Of a stretch of 64,000 bases of DNA, positions 1 to 9,633 are shown one piece after another (position 1 is the first letter of the stretch; each line of letters begins with the position of its first letter). This DNA comes from Pyrinomonadaceae bacterium (lineage in GTDB: Bacteria; Acidobacteriota; Blastocatellia; Pyrinomonadales; Pyrinomonadaceae): positions 5,480 through 69,479 of the forward strand of contig JBPCIP010000069.1 of NCBI GenBank assembly GCA_051006195.1, written 5' to 3'. The notes beneath the pieces are model-generated. The model saw only the letters and a program-made list of their open reading frames with translations, had not been told where the DNA came from and did no database searches. Position numbers and translations under genes: made by a program.

Positions 1-1031
1 GCAAGGAAGAGAACGCTACGATTATCAGGCGACCAGCGCGGGCTGCGTGCGCGGCGGTCTTGCCGGGCGGTGAGTTCGCGCCCCTTGGCGCCGCCCGCCG
101 CGTCGATCACCCAGACATGCGTGTCTTCGGCGACGCTGTCGATGGTCGTCACGTCGCGGGTCGTAGCGGTGTAAGCGATCCATCTGCCGTCGGGCGACCA
201 CGCGGGTTCGTATTCGCTGCCGCGCGTCGCGGTGATCTGGCGCACGCGCCCGTCGAGCGTGACGGCGAAGAGGTCGGAGTTGTTGACAGCATCGGGGTCG
301 GGTTCGTGGTTGGAGAGAAAGGCGATCTCGTTGCCGCGCGGATTCCAGGTGAGCGCGTGGTCGTAGTGTTGACCGGAAGTTAATTGACGCGGCGCGGCGG
401 TCTCGTCGGCGTCCGTCACCCAGACGTGCGTGCGCAACGTGTCGGAGAAGCCAGTGCGCGATTTGTATTGAATGCGATCCACCACACGCGGGTCGTCGCG
501 TCGGGCGCGCTCATCAATTGTCGCGCCGATTGCGCTCGCGTCGTTGGCTTCTTCGCTCGCGTGGATGAAGGCGAGACGGTGGCTATCGGGCGACCATGCG
601 AAGGATTCGCCCGCGTAAGGAAGATGAAAATTTGTCGAACGCACTGGCGCGACGAAGCGCGGCGGTTGTCGCTCGCGCGGGGAGATGGCCCAGAGACCGC
701 TCTGTTCGCCGCGCGTAGCGATAAAAGCCAGACGCTTGCCGTCGGGCGACCAGCGCGGGCGCGAGACGTTCCACTCGCCGCTCAGGACTTGCTGCGGTCG
801 TGCTGCTGCGGCGCGCTCGCCTCCGAGTTGGGCGCACCAGAGAGCCGTGCGCGTCGCGTTGCCCTCCGTCGTCGCCACCGTATAACAGACCGCGCTCGCG
901 TCCGGCGCGAGCTGCGCATCGCCGACGCTCGCCACCCGCAATGTGTCGGCAGGCGTCATCCCGCGCATAGCCTGTGCGACAGAAAGTTGCGCGGTGGTTA
1001 AGAGAATGCCGCAGATAAGAAACACTAGCAT
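1..1031 (-). CDS. S9-peptidase/TolB-like beta-propeller protein, N-terminal part (3' end runs off the window)
   Basis: Manual minus-strand translation from ATG 1031..1029 stays open to base 1. It gives MLVFLICGILLTTAQLSVAQA (signal peptide), then repeated WSPDG blades (RWSPDGKRLAF, AWSPDSHRLAF, AWSPDGRWIAY, RWSPDN). It is absent from the ORF track because its stop lies outside the window. The + strand ORFs 60..1001 are antisense artefacts. Confidence 0.75.
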   Translation of the reverse strand, partial: MLVFLICGILLTTAQLSVAQAMRGMTPADTLRVASVGDAQLAPDASAVCYTVATTEGNATRTALWCAQLGGERAAAARPQQVLSGEWNVSRPRWSPDGKRLAFIATRGEQSGLWAISPRERQPPRFVAPVRSTNFHLPYAGESFAWSPDSHRLAFIHASEEANDASAIGATIDERARRDDPRVVDRIQYKSRTGFSDTLRTHVWVTDADETAAPRQLTSGQHYDHALTWNPRGNEIAFLSNHEPDPDAVNNSDLFAVTLDGRVRQITATRGSEYEPAWSPDGRWIAYTATTRDVTTIDSVAEDTHVWVIDAAGGAKGRELTARQDRRARSPRWSPDNRSVLFL

Positions 1032-1070
1032 TGTGCTCCCCACCCATCGCTCCCCTCTCAGAACCATTGC

Positions 1071-1102
1071 TCTCTTCTTTGCGCCTTTGCGCCTTTGCGT
1101 GA
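1071..1102. repeat. Left arm of a 32-bp imperfect inverted repeat flanking the GxxExxY cassette
   Basis: tctcttctttgcgcctttgcgcctttgcgtga. It matches the reverse complement of 1498..1529 at about 29/32 positions by hand alignment. The arm is a tandem octamer (cctttgcg). Confidence 0.8.
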
Positions 1103-1107
1103 AAATT

Positions 1108-1487
1108 CTATAAATGATTAACCACTCTCGTAATGCCATCTTTAATCAACTCCGTACCAAAATTAACCAGCAAGCCAAGCTGTTTATCAGCTAGGCGCAA
1201 GTTAGGTCAATAAGTGCTTTTTATGTACCGGCGCAATGCTCTCTACAAGACTTTGGTTCGACAATTACCAAGCCGCCTACCATCAAGTCTGCCCGAAAGC
1301 CCATCTCCATGCGGACTGATTCATAAACGACAGGGATGGGTTGTTGTCGGACTACGTTTATGCCTCTCTTGCTTAACGCATAGGCCAAAGTCGCTTCGTA
1401 AACTGATTCGAGCAGGACGGGGCCGAGAGTTGTGTGGATTTTGTAAGCAGCATTGACGATCTCTTTGGCGAACTCGTTTTCATGCAT
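1108..1487 (-). pseudogene. GxxExxY-family small protein gene (PD-(D/E)XK-like), apparently broken by two frameshifts
   Basis: The N-terminal part MHENEFAKEIVNAAYKIHTTLGPVLLESVYEATLAYALSKRGINVVRQQPIPVVYESVRMEMGFRADL is in one frame. QSLVESIAPVHKKHLLT is in the next frame. LRLADKQLGLLVNFGTELIKDGITRVVNHL* is in the third. Together they rebuild a full-length family member. Confidence 0.7.
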
Positions 1488-1497
1488 GGGGTTTATC

Positions 1498-1529
1498 TCA
1501 CGCAAAGGCGCAAAGGGGCAAAGAAGCAA
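1498..1529. repeat. Right arm of the inverted repeat flanking the GxxExxY cassette
   Basis: tcacgcaaaggcgcaaaggggcaaagaagcaaagg, the reverse complement of the 1071..1102 arm. It abuts the stop of the decarboxylase gene at 1533. Confidence 0.8.
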
Positions 1530-1532
1530 AGG

Positions 1533-3068
1533 CTAAATGAGGTGTGCGGCTTGTTCCTGTAAGAGGTTCCATGCGCGCCCGACATGTGCTTCGGTCGTGC
1601 GGATGTTGCCGACGGCGAGGCGCAGGGTGAATTGATCGCGCAGGCGCGTGTGCGAGATGAAGAGCGAGCCGGTGGCGTTGACGTTGCTCATGAGTTGTTC
1701 GTTGAGCGCGTCGAGGCGCGCGGCGCGGTGAGTGTCCGTCTCTCCTGCTTGAGCGGGACAAGCGCGGAAGCAGACGACGCTTAAGGGGACGGGCGCGAGC
1801 AGTTCCCAACCGGGCGCGGCTTCAACCCATGAGGCGAAGAGTTGCGCGAGACGACAGTGTTCGCGGATGCGCGCGGCGAGTCCATCGTGTCCGAAGTAGC
1901 GGAGGATCATCCAGAGTTTGAGGGCGCGAAAACGGCGACCGAGTTGGACGCCGTACTCGGAACCGTTCTGCACTCCGATTGACTCCGCTTCGGGTGCGCG
2001 CAGATATTCGGGGATGAGCGAGAAGGCGCGGTGCAACACGTCCATGCGGCGGCAGTAGAGGACGGAGAGGTCGAAGGGCGTAAAGAGCCACTTGTGCGGG
2101 TTCGTGGTCAACGAATCGGCGCGCTCGCACCCGGCGAGGACGCGCGGGCGCAGTTCGGGCACGACGCCGGCAGAACCAGCATAAGCGGCATCGACGTGCA
2201 GCCAGAGTTTGTGTCGCTCGCAGATGTCGGCGATAGCAGGGACGGGGTCGATGCTGGTCGTCGAGGTCGTGCCGACGGTGGCAACGACGCAGAAGGGAAG
2301 GAAGCCGTTGCGCCGGTCGTCTTCGATGGCGTGTGCGAGCGCGGCGGCGTCCATGCGAAATTCGTCGTCGCAAGGAATTTTGCGAAGCGAGCGTTGGCCG
2401 AGGCCGAGCGCGATGACCGCTTTGTCGATGGATGAGTGCGACTGTTCGGAGGCGTAGACGCGCAGCAGGGGCAGGTCGTCGCGCCCGCTCATGCCCTGTT
2501 CGCGGATGTCGAGATGCAAGTGTTCGCGCGCGGCGGCGATGGCGTGCAGGCTGGAGACGGAAGCCGTGTCGTAGATAATGCCGGCGAACTCTGCGGGCAG
2601 GCCGATCATTTGTCGGAGCCACGAGAGGGTCACTTCTTCGAGTTCGGTGGCGGCGGGCGACGTGCGCCAGAGCAGGGCTTTGACATCGAAGGCCGCGCCG
2701 AGGAGTTCGCCGAAGATGCCGGGAGCAGAGGTGGAAGTGGCGAAATAGGCGAAAAAGGAGGGATGACTCCAGTGCGTCAGCGCAGGCACGATCAAACGAT
2801 CCACGTCGGCGAGAATCGCATCCATCGACTCACCTTCGGCGGGCGGCGCGGCGGGCAGTTGCTCGATAAGCGTGCGCGGCTTGACCTGCGCGAGCACGGG
2901 GCGCGCTTCGATGTCGGTGAAATAATCGCTGATCCAGTCGATGAGCGCGTGGCCGTAGCGACGAAAATCCTCCGCGCTCATGTCGCCTGTGGGCGGCGCG
3001 ATGCCTTGCAATTCGCTCTCACTTTGCTTCATGCCAGGCATTGTAACGGGGAACGGTGCGGGCGTCAT
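1533..3068 (-). CDS. PLP-dependent group II amino-acid decarboxylase (aromatic-L-amino-acid/tyrosine decarboxylase-like)
   Basis: 511-aa ORF. It has HVDAAYAGSA and the SLTTNPHKWLF PLP-lysine motif typical of DDC-type decarboxylases. The exact start is uncertain (Met at 3068, 3041 or 3032). Confidence 0.85.
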   Translation of the reverse strand: MTPAPFPVTMPGMKQSESELQGIAPPTGDMSAEDFRRYGHALIDWISDYFTDIEARPVLAQVKPRTLIEQLPAAPPAEGESMDAILADVDRLIVPALTHWSHPSFFAYFATSTSAPGIFGELLGAAFDVKALLWRTSPAATELEEVTLSWLRQMIGLPAEFAGIIYDTASVSSLHAIAAAREHLHLDIREQGMSGRDDLPLLRVYASEQSHSSIDKAVIALGLGQRSLRKIPCDDEFRMDAAALAHAIEDDRRNGFLPFCVVATVGTTSTTSIDPVPAIADICERHKLWLHVDAAYAGSAGVVPELRPRVLAGCERADSLTTNPHKWLFTPFDLSVLYCRRMDVLHRAFSLIPEYLRAPEAESIGVQNGSEYGVQLGRRFRALKLWMILRYFGHDGLAARIREHCRLAQLFASWVEAAPGWELLAPVPLSVVCFRACPAQAGETDTHRAARLDALNEQLMSNVNATGSLFISHTRLRDQFTLRLAVGNIRTTEAHVGRAWNLLQEQAAHLI

Positions 3069-3101
3069 TGAGACGTGCGATAAAATTTTTTCACCCGAAG
3101 A

Positions 3102-4043
3102 TTACGCCGCAAGTTCATCAAGCGGAGGAAACTTGTGCTGTTTGCGTCCGGGCGGGCCGTCGAATTTCTTGGAGGTCTTATAGAGTTCAAAATGGCCGTC
3201 GGCGGCGGCGGGCGCGCAGCGCGTGCGCAAGGCTTGCATCTCTGCGGCGGGCATGGGCGCGAAATCGCGCGCGATGCGTAAGTTTTGCCGCAAGACTTTG
3301 AGCGAGTCGATGCCGGAGACGGTGGTGGCGACGGGGAGACTCATGGCATAACGCAGTGCTTCCGTGGCCGTCACGGCTCGTCGTTTGATGGGGTCGCCTT
3401 CGCCGCCCATGCTCTTCATGCCGAGCGGGGCGATGCCGCGTCGCATCACCTCGGGCAAAACCTGTTGCTCGAAACTGCGGAAGGTGGCGTCGAAACAGTT
3501 TAAGGGAAACTGGCAGGTGTCGAACGGGTAATCGTGCGCCAGCATCTTGAGATGGATCGCCGGGTCTTTGTGCCCGGTGAAGCCGACGAAGCGTACTTTG
3601 CCTTCGCGCCGCGCCTGTTCGAGCGCTTCGATCACGCCGCCAGCGGCAAAGTGCAAATCGGGATCATTATCGTGGACTACTTCGTGTACTTGCCAGAGGT
3701 CGAGGTGATCCGTGCGCAGGCGTTTGAGCGATTCTTCCAGTTGGCGCATGGCGACTTTACGGTCGCGCCCGTGCGTGCAGACTTTCGACATGAGAAAGAC
3801 CTGATGGCGGCGATTCTCTAAAGCCTCGCCCATCAACTCTTCGCTCCGCCCGTCGTGATATTCCCATGCATTGTCCATGAAAGTGACGCCCGCATCAATC
3901 GCTTCGTGGACGATTTGTAAACATTCGCGCTTGCCCTTCACCGACCCCAGATGAGAACCGCCGAGCGCGAGCGCCGAGACTTCGACGCCCGTGCGCCCCA
4001 ACATCCTGCGCGGAATCTCACCGGAAATTTTGCTGTGACTCAT
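3102..4043 (-). CDS. Aldo/keto reductase family oxidoreductase
   Basis: MSHSKISGEIPRRMLGRTGVEVSALALGGSHLG... has a typical AKR N-terminus and length. GGAG lies 6 nt upstream of ATG 4043, so the longer ORF start at 4112 is unlikely. Confidence 0.85.
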   Translation of the reverse strand: MSHSKISGEIPRRMLGRTGVEVSALALGGSHLGSVKGKRECLQIVHEAIDAGVTFMDNAWEYHDGRSEELMGEALENRRHQVFLMSKVCTHGRDRKVAMRQLEESLKRLRTDHLDLWQVHEVVHDNDPDLHFAAGGVIEALEQARREGKVRFVGFTGHKDPAIHLKMLAHDYPFDTCQFPLNCFDATFRSFEQQVLPEVMRRGIAPLGMKSMGGEGDPIKRRAVTATEALRYAMSLPVATTVSGIDSLKVLRQNLRIARDFAPMPAAEMQALRTRCAPAAADGHFELYKTSKKFDGPPGRKQHKFPPLDELAA

Positions 4044-4158
4044 GACACACTCCTTACACAAATATCGGCTATGAGTTGATTGAATGCTGAACGGTGGGAA
4101 GCAGTATGCCATAGCTAAAGCGTGGCGGAAAGAACATAAGTCGAGCGGCGGTAAAACT

Positions 4159-4193
4159 AAAACGGGAGGCTCGCTATGTGAGCCTCCCGTTTT
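4159..4193 (-). terminator. Intrinsic terminator hairpin downstream of the stress-protein gene
   Basis: aaaacgggaggctc-gctatgt-gagcctcccgtttt: a perfect 14-bp stem flanked by A/T runs on both sides, so it could act in both directions. Confidence 0.75.
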
Positions 4194-4217
4194 GCTTTAC
4201 GTCAAAGTCCGTCGTGT

Positions 4218-4889
4218 TTAGCGATAGACGTTTTCGCCGCGATGCGTTTTGAATTCGTTCTCGAAGTAAGTAGCGTCTTCGTCGCTGCGCGCGTTGACGC
4301 CCATCACGATGCCGCCTTCCTTGAGGCCGCTCTCATATGCTTTCGCACGATCTTCAGGGATGCCTGAGCCGATCAGCGCGCCGATGAGTCCGCCGGTCGC
4401 GCCGCCAGCGCCCGCGCCCGCGAGCGCGGCCAGCAACGGCCCCGCCACGATGAGACCCAGGCCCGGCAAAACAACGGATGTGCCGATGGCCGCAATGGCT
4501 CCGAGCACCGCGCCTGTCGTGCCGCCGATGGCCGAACCCACGCCCGCGCCTTCGAGCGCCTTGCTGCCGAGTTCCGAGTCAGGCGCGTCATCCCCAAAAT
4601 GGGTTTTGCGCGTCTCGTCCGACATCATTAAATTGACATCATCGTTGCTGTAGCCGCGCGTCGATAGCGAACCGTAAGCGCGCTCTGCGCTTTCACGATC
4701 GCGGAAGAGTCCCGTCACCATACGGTTTGAACCTTGCCGCGCCGCGCCCGTCGCACTTTCCGCCGCGCCTTCCGCGCGCAACGAACTGTTTCCAGTCACC
4801 GTGCCGGTGGCTTCCTTGATGTCGCCTTTGGCGCGTTGACCGAAGGCTGAAACTTCTTCGCCGATACTGTCTCTTTTGTTATCGTCCAT
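4218..4889 (-). CDS. CsbD-like / general-stress protein with a glycine-zipper membrane segment
   Basis: N-terminal KGDIKEATGTVTGNSSLRAEG (CsbD-like). Middle part FRDRESAERAYGSLSTRGYSNDDV (YflT/GSP17M-like). Then a Gly/Ala-rich hydrophobic stretch. Confidence 0.6.
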   Translation of the reverse strand: MDDNKRDSIGEEVSAFGQRAKGDIKEATGTVTGNSSLRAEGAAESATGAARQGSNRMVTGLFRDRESAERAYGSLSTRGYSNDDVNLMMSDETRKTHFGDDAPDSELGSKALEGAGVGSAIGGTTGAVLGAIAAIGTSVVLPGLGLIVAGPLLAALAGAGAGGATGGLIGALIGSGIPEDRAKAYESGLKEGGIVMGVNARSDEDATYFENEFKTHRGENVYR

Positions 4890-5276
4890 TTTATGTCCCC
4901 TCTCGAAATTTGTGTGATGGACTATGATGAGTCCGCAGTTAGGTTAATGCCTGTACCTGGTTGAAAAGCGCCGAATAAACCTGAGCACGTCCGGCAGCAA
5001 TAATGTGCAGAACTTTTATTTATTCAAACAGTGTCGCACGAACTATTCACGTATGGCTGAAACACTGTGTACGATTTCGCATCCTGAAAATTGCTGCCAA
5101 CGGTGAAGTGGCAAAGATTGTGCCGCACTATAGTAAAGGTGCGTCGGACGGGAAGCGATCCGCACCCCCTCAACCTCTATCGGATTAAATTTTTTCTGTC
5201 AGTCATTGCCCTACGAGCTATGCTATAAGACACGCGTCGAAAAATCTTGTGAGGTCGCCAGGCGGGATTTTATTCC

Positions 5277-5304
5277 TCGACATAGCGCGCTAAATCGGTA
5301 TAAT
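5277..5304 (+). promoter_or_regulatory. Candidate sigma70-type promoter for the NSS transporter operon
   Basis: TCGACA (5277-5282), 16 nt, TATAAT (5299-5304) in a GC-poor intergenic region. This implies a ~235-nt leader. Pattern match only. Confidence 0.3.
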
Positions 5305-5545
5305 GCGCGAGTTATTCCTGCATTCATCATCGGCGATTTTTAAGATTTAGATAAGGACTCGACGCACAACGGAACGGACGATCAGTTACGTGCGCCGCAT
5401 CTTGCCCGCGCCTTGTTGTCGTGTCCGCTTTCGACTTTCCCGGCGTGTTGTGGCTGTCACTGTTTTTTGCAGTTGCCGCCAGTGAAATGTCGCCAGTTCG
5501 CCGGATGATTCAAGGCTATACTATGATGAGGAGCGCCCTTTTGTT

Positions 5546-7267
5546 ATGGCAAACAAAGATGACAACGGCATAGACCTAAACCCGATCCCCGATTTCCCTT
5601 ACGATAAGGATGTCGTTGACAGGGAAGGTTGGGCTTCGCAACTCGGCCTCGTGCTGGCGATGGCCGGGAACGCCGTCGGGTTGGGCAACTTCCTGCGCTT
5701 TCCGGCGCTCGCGGCGCGAAACGGAGGCGGGACTTTCATGATCCCGTACTTCATCGCGTTCCTGCTGCTCGGCATCCCGCTCATGTGGATCGAGTGGGGC
5801 ATCGGGCGCTACGGCGGCAAGTACGGCTATTCCACTTCGCCCGGTATGTTCGAGAAGATGTGGGCCAACCCGCTCGCGAAATACCTCGGCGCGCTCGGCG
5901 TCTTCATCCCGCTCGCCTTCGTCATCTTCTACACCTACATTGAATCGTGGACGCTCGGCTACGCCGTCCTCTCGTTCGCCGGACAGATGCCGAGCATCGC
6001 GGGGCAGAGTCCCGATCAGGCGTTCAAGACGATGGGCGATTATCTGGGTGCGTATCAGGGCACGAACAACGGGCTGGCGTGGTCGGGCAGCATCGTCGGC
6101 ATGATCTTCTTCGCCATCACGCTCTTCGTCAACATCTTCGTCATCTCGAAGGGCATCGCGGGCGGCATCGAGCGCATGGCGAAGATCGGCATGCCGCTCT
6201 TGATCCTCTTCGCGATCATCGTCGGCATCCGCGTCCTCTCGTTGCCCGGCGCGATGGGCGGCGTGGCCTTCGTCTGGAACCCGGACTTCTCGCGCATCAC
6301 GGACGGCGCGGTCTGGCTCGCCGCCGCCGGGCAAATCTTCTTCACGCTCTCGCTCGGCACGGGTTCGATCCAGACCTTTGCGAGTTATCTGAAAGAGACC
6401 GACGACATCGTGCTGACGGGCTTGGCGACTTCCTCGATGAACGAATTTTGCGAAGTCATCCTCGGCGGCTCGATTGCGATCCCGGCGGCGACGGCCTTCT
6501 ACGGCGCGGGCGCGGCCACGGCCATTGCCAACTCCGGCACGTTCAACCTCGGCTTCCAGACGATGCCCGCCGTCTTCTCCGGTCTCCCCGGCGGCGCGCT
6601 CTTCGGCGGCATCTGGTTCACGCTGCTGTTCTTCGCCGGCATCACCTCATCGCTCGCGCTGGCGCAGCCCGCGATGGCCTTCCTGCAAGACGAGTTGAGG
6701 ATGACTCGGCAGCGGGCGGCAATGGTCGTCGGCGCGATCATCTTCGTTGCCGTGCTGCCGATCATCATGTTCCTGCAATACGGCTACCTCGACGAGTTCG
6801 ACTTCTGGTCGGGCGAGTTCCTGCTGCTCGTCTTCGCGCTGATCGAGACGATCCTTTTCTTCTGGGTGTTCGGCGGGCACAAGGCTTGGGATGAGATCAA
6901 GAAGGGGCAGCAGATTCCGCTCCCGCGCTTCTTCTACCCGATCATGAAGTACGTCGTGCCGATCTTCATCAGCCTGATTCTGTTCAAGGGTATCATTGAC
7001 TCGCTCGTCCCGCGCCTGCTCTCGCAGAAGTGGGTTGACCTGCCCGGCTGGAGTAAGGCGACGGCCTCTTTCGGCGACCGTTTCATGTACGAGTTCGGTC
7101 TCCACGGGCGCGAGTTGGTGGCGAATGCGGCCATCGCTGAGCAGTCCGGCTATCGCTGGGCGGCGCGCATCGAGATGATCATCCTTTGCGCCGTCGTGAT
7201 GGCGCTCACCGGGTACGCCTGGAACAAATACAGACGCTCAGAGAGAGGAGGGGCACACGCACAATGA
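5546..7267 (+). CDS. Neurotransmitter:sodium symporter (NSS/SNF, LeuT-like) family transporter
   Basis: GNAVGLGNFLRFPALAARNGGGTFMIPYFIAFLLLGIPLMWIEWGIGRYGG is the NSS signature region. The protein has multiple TM segments. Confidence 0.9.
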   Translation: MANKDDNGIDLNPIPDFPYDKDVVDREGWASQLGLVLAMAGNAVGLGNFLRFPALAARNGGGTFMIPYFIAFLLLGIPLMWIEWGIGRYGGKYGYSTSPGMFEKMWANPLAKYLGALGVFIPLAFVIFYTYIESWTLGYAVLSFAGQMPSIAGQSPDQAFKTMGDYLGAYQGTNNGLAWSGSIVGMIFFAITLFVNIFVISKGIAGGIERMAKIGMPLLILFAIIVGIRVLSLPGAMGGVAFVWNPDFSRITDGAVWLAAAGQIFFTLSLGTGSIQTFASYLKETDDIVLTGLATSSMNEFCEVILGGSIAIPAATAFYGAGAATAIANSGTFNLGFQTMPAVFSGLPGGALFGGIWFTLLFFAGITSSLALAQPAMAFLQDELRMTRQRAAMVVGAIIFVAVLPIIMFLQYGYLDEFDFWSGEFLLLVFALIETILFFWVFGGHKAWDEIKKGQQIPLPRFFYPIMKYVVPIFISLILFKGIIDSLVPRLLSQKWVDLPGWSKATASFGDRFMYEFGLHGRELVANAAIAEQSGYRWAARIEMIILCAVVMALTGYAWNKYRRSERGGAHAQ

Positions 7268-7443
7268 CTCTAATGATCGGAATGATTTTAATATCGTTGC
7301 AGGCCACCGGCGTGACGACAGGCCGGGCGGCGGAACCTGTGCAAATGACCACCGGCGGCTGGGTCTTTATGATCGGCGCGTGGACGTTTATCCTGACGCT
7401 GGTCTATTACACCTTCTCCAAAGTCCTGCGCGGCGGTAAGTAA
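7264..7443 (+). CDS. Small membrane protein, MetS-like NSS transporter small subunit
   Basis: 59 aa, hydrophobic C-terminal half (GGWVFMIGAWTFILTLVYYTF). Its ATG overlaps the transporter stop (ATGA), which suggests translational coupling. Confidence 0.55.
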   Translation: MTLMIGMILISLQATGVTTGRAAEPVQMTTGGWVFMIGAWTFILTLVYYTFSKVLRGGK

Positions 7444-7469
7444 ACGACGCATGAGCGGCGGCGTCTTTT

Positions 7470-7512
7470 AATTTCGGTTCGGGCGATGGTTGACCTTGCC
7501 CGAACCGAAATT
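7470..7512. repeat. Hairpin (14-bp perfect stem) after the transporter operon
   Basis: aatttcggttcggg (7470-7483) pairs with cccgaaccgaaatt (7499-7512), 15-nt loop. It covers the annotated start of ORF 7486. Confidence 0.7.
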
Positions 7513-7527
7513 CTATTTGCGCCGTCC

Positions 7528-8175
7528 ATGCACATAATTCAACCGCCCACGATTAAATTGACTGGAGCGAACAGTTTCAATATGCCGAGCGCCAAGATCA
7601 AGATCGCCAGACAGACGGGTTCCGGCCAACTCCCCGCCGACGCCAGCCGCCTGCTCGAACTCATCATCGCTGAGATCGAGTCGCCCGTAGACACGCAGAA
7701 ACTGCTCGACAAATTCCCCCCGACCGACAGTTGCCACGAAGAGTCGCTCCGCTTCCTGAAGGCCAAAGACCGCGCGCAACGCCGCGCCGACTTCGTCGCG
7801 AACGAGGCTCTGTGGTGGCGCAAGTACGGCTGGTTCATGGCGCGCATCGTCGGGTTGTTCGGGCTGCTCGTCTTCGCCTTCGCCATGTCTGTGCGCGGCG
7901 CGGGCGTGGATTTCATCACCTTCGCCCTGCTCGGCGCTGCCGGGTACTATTTGCTGCTGATGACGGTCTCGAACATTCGCTACCGCGAAAAAAACAAGAA
8001 GCGGCGCAAACTGCTCGAACGCGAGCAGCAACAGTACCAGCGCGCCATCTTAGCGGTGGCCGCTTCACTCCTGAAAAAATTTCAAGTTGACCCGTCGCTC
8101 TACCCCATCGCCAAGCCAAGAAGCGGTGCGGGACTCATCGAGCGCGAAGACGGCTATTTCATTCCGGTTGAATGA
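7528..8175 (+). CDS. Hypothetical membrane protein (two predicted TM helices)
   Basis: ORF 7486..8175. The first codons lie inside the hairpin, so Met at 7528 or 7582 is the more likely start. No recognisable motif. Confidence 0.5.
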   Translation: MHIIQPPTIKLTGANSFNMPSAKIKIARQTGSGQLPADASRLLELIIAEIESPVDTQKLLDKFPPTDSCHEESLRFLKAKDRAQRRADFVANEALWWRKYGWFMARIVGLFGLLVFAFAMSVRGAGVDFITFALLGAAGYYLLLMTVSNIRYREKNKKRRKLLEREQQQYQRAILAVAASLLKKFQVDPSLYPIAKPRSGAGLIEREDGYFIPVE

Positions 8176-8187
8176 TTCGGTGATTCG

Positions 8188-9600
8188 ATGAGACGGAAAA
8201 TTATTTACAGTTTGCTCCTGTTAGCGACGCTCTCGCTGGCGACACGGACGATTTTCGCGAGCGGTGAAGCGGGAGAAGCGGGCGGCGCAGGTCATGGTCT
8301 CAACCCGTTCGTGCTCATTGGCGTCGCGCTCGTTTTGCTGATCGCTAAACTCGGCGGCGAGTTGTTCGAGCGTTTCGGTCAGCCAGCCGTGCTCGGCGAG
8401 TTGATCGGCGGGATGATCGTCGGCAACCTTGTGTTATTTGGCGTTACGGCCATCGAACCGCTGAAAACTGATGTGGTCATCGGCGCGCTCGCGGAGATCG
8501 GCGTCATCCTGCTGCTGTTTGAGGTGGGGCTGGAATCGAATCTCGGCGAGATGCTCGAAGTCGGCTGGTCGTCGCTGCTGGTGGCGACAGCAGGCGTGAT
8601 TGCGCCCTTCTTTCTCGGCTGGGGCGTGGCCGCTTATTTCATTCCTGACGAAGCGCAACTCGGCCATATCTTCATCGGCGCGACGCTCTGTGCCACATCG
8701 GTCGGCATCACGGCGCGCGTGCTGAAGGATATGGGCAAACTCAATACGCGCGTCGCCCGCATCGTGCTCGGCGCGGCGGTGATTGACGACGTGCTCGGCC
8801 TGATTATCCTCGCCGTCGTGCAGGGCGCGATTCAGGCGACCGCCACGGGCACTTCGCTTTCACTCCTGAGCGTCGGCATCATCACGCTCAAGGCCGTCGG
8901 CTTTCTCGTCGTCGCGCTCCTCGTCGGGCGATTCCTCGTGCCGTATCTCTTTCAAGGCGCGGGCAAACTCGAAGGGCGCGGCGTGTTGCTGGCCTTAGCG
9001 GTTGCGCTCTGTTTCGTGTTGTCGTGGGCGGCAGCCGGGATAGGTCTGGCCGCCATCGTCGGCGCGTTCGCCGCCGGGTTGTTGCTGGAAGAAGCGCACA
9101 TCGAGCGCATGCCCGGTCGCACGAAACATGATTTACATGAACTGCTCACGCCGCTGACCACCATCCTCGTCCCCATCTTCTTCGTCCTGATGGGTCTCAA
9201 GGTTGACCTCAGCACCTTCGCACGCCTCGACATTCTCGGCTTCGCGGCGGCGCTGACGCTGGTCGCGATCATCAGTAAACAGGTCTGCTCGCTGGCGGTC
9301 ATTGATCGCGGCATTAATCGTCTCGCCGTCGGCCTCGGCATGATCCCGCGCGGCGAAGTCGGCCTCATCTTCGCCGGTATCGGCGCGACCCTCATGCTCC
9401 CGAACGCGCAGGGCATCAATGAACCCGTCATCGGCAGCGCCACCTTCGCCGCCGTCGTCATCATGGTCATCATCACCACGCTCGTCACCCCGCCGCTGCT
9501 CAAGTGGTCGCTCGCGCGCACGCCTTCCGCACCCGACGAACCGCTCCCCGACGCCGAACGAGTGTTGGCCGACGAAGCCGCCGAACGCACGACTCGATAG
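8188..9600 (+). CDS. Cation:proton antiporter (CPA2 / Kef-type Na+/H+ exchanger family)
   Basis: 470 aa, about 12 TM segments, typical sodium/hydrogen exchanger family sequence (LGELIGGMIVGN..., GLIFAGIG). Confidence 0.8.
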   Translation: MRRKIIYSLLLLATLSLATRTIFASGEAGEAGGAGHGLNPFVLIGVALVLLIAKLGGELFERFGQPAVLGELIGGMIVGNLVLFGVTAIEPLKTDVVIGALAEIGVILLLFEVGLESNLGEMLEVGWSSLLVATAGVIAPFFLGWGVAAYFIPDEAQLGHIFIGATLCATSVGITARVLKDMGKLNTRVARIVLGAAVIDDVLGLIILAVVQGAIQATATGTSLSLLSVGIITLKAVGFLVVALLVGRFLVPYLFQGAGKLEGRGVLLALAVALCFVLSWAAAGIGLAAIVGAFAAGLLLEEAHIERMPGRTKHDLHELLTPLTTILVPIFFVLMGLKVDLSTFARLDILGFAAALTLVAIISKQVCSLAVIDRGINRLAVGLGMIPRGEVGLIFAGIGATLMLPNAQGINEPVIGSATFAAVVIMVIITTLVTPPLLKWSLARTPSAPDEPLPDAERVLADEAAERTTR

Positions 9601-9633
9601 TTCGCGACGGGGAATTACACGCGAGCCTGCGTC

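Noticed and set aside
60-1047. ORFs 60..383, 384..1001 (+) and 583..1047 (-) at the window start.
   Set aside because: A different minus-strand frame, open from 1031 to the window edge, encodes a signal peptide and repeated WSPDG propeller blades. The listed ORFs have no motifs and low-complexity Arg-rich composition.
5003-5545. ORF 5003..5188, and the possibility of a riboswitch (for example glycine) in the long leader of the NSS amino-acid transporter.
   Set aside because: The ORF is in GC-poor DNA with an implausible sequence. I could not find the conserved glycine-riboswitch cores (GGAGAG...ACCGAAGGGGCAA) or any other riboswitch signature by eye. A covariance-model scan would be needed to exclude one.
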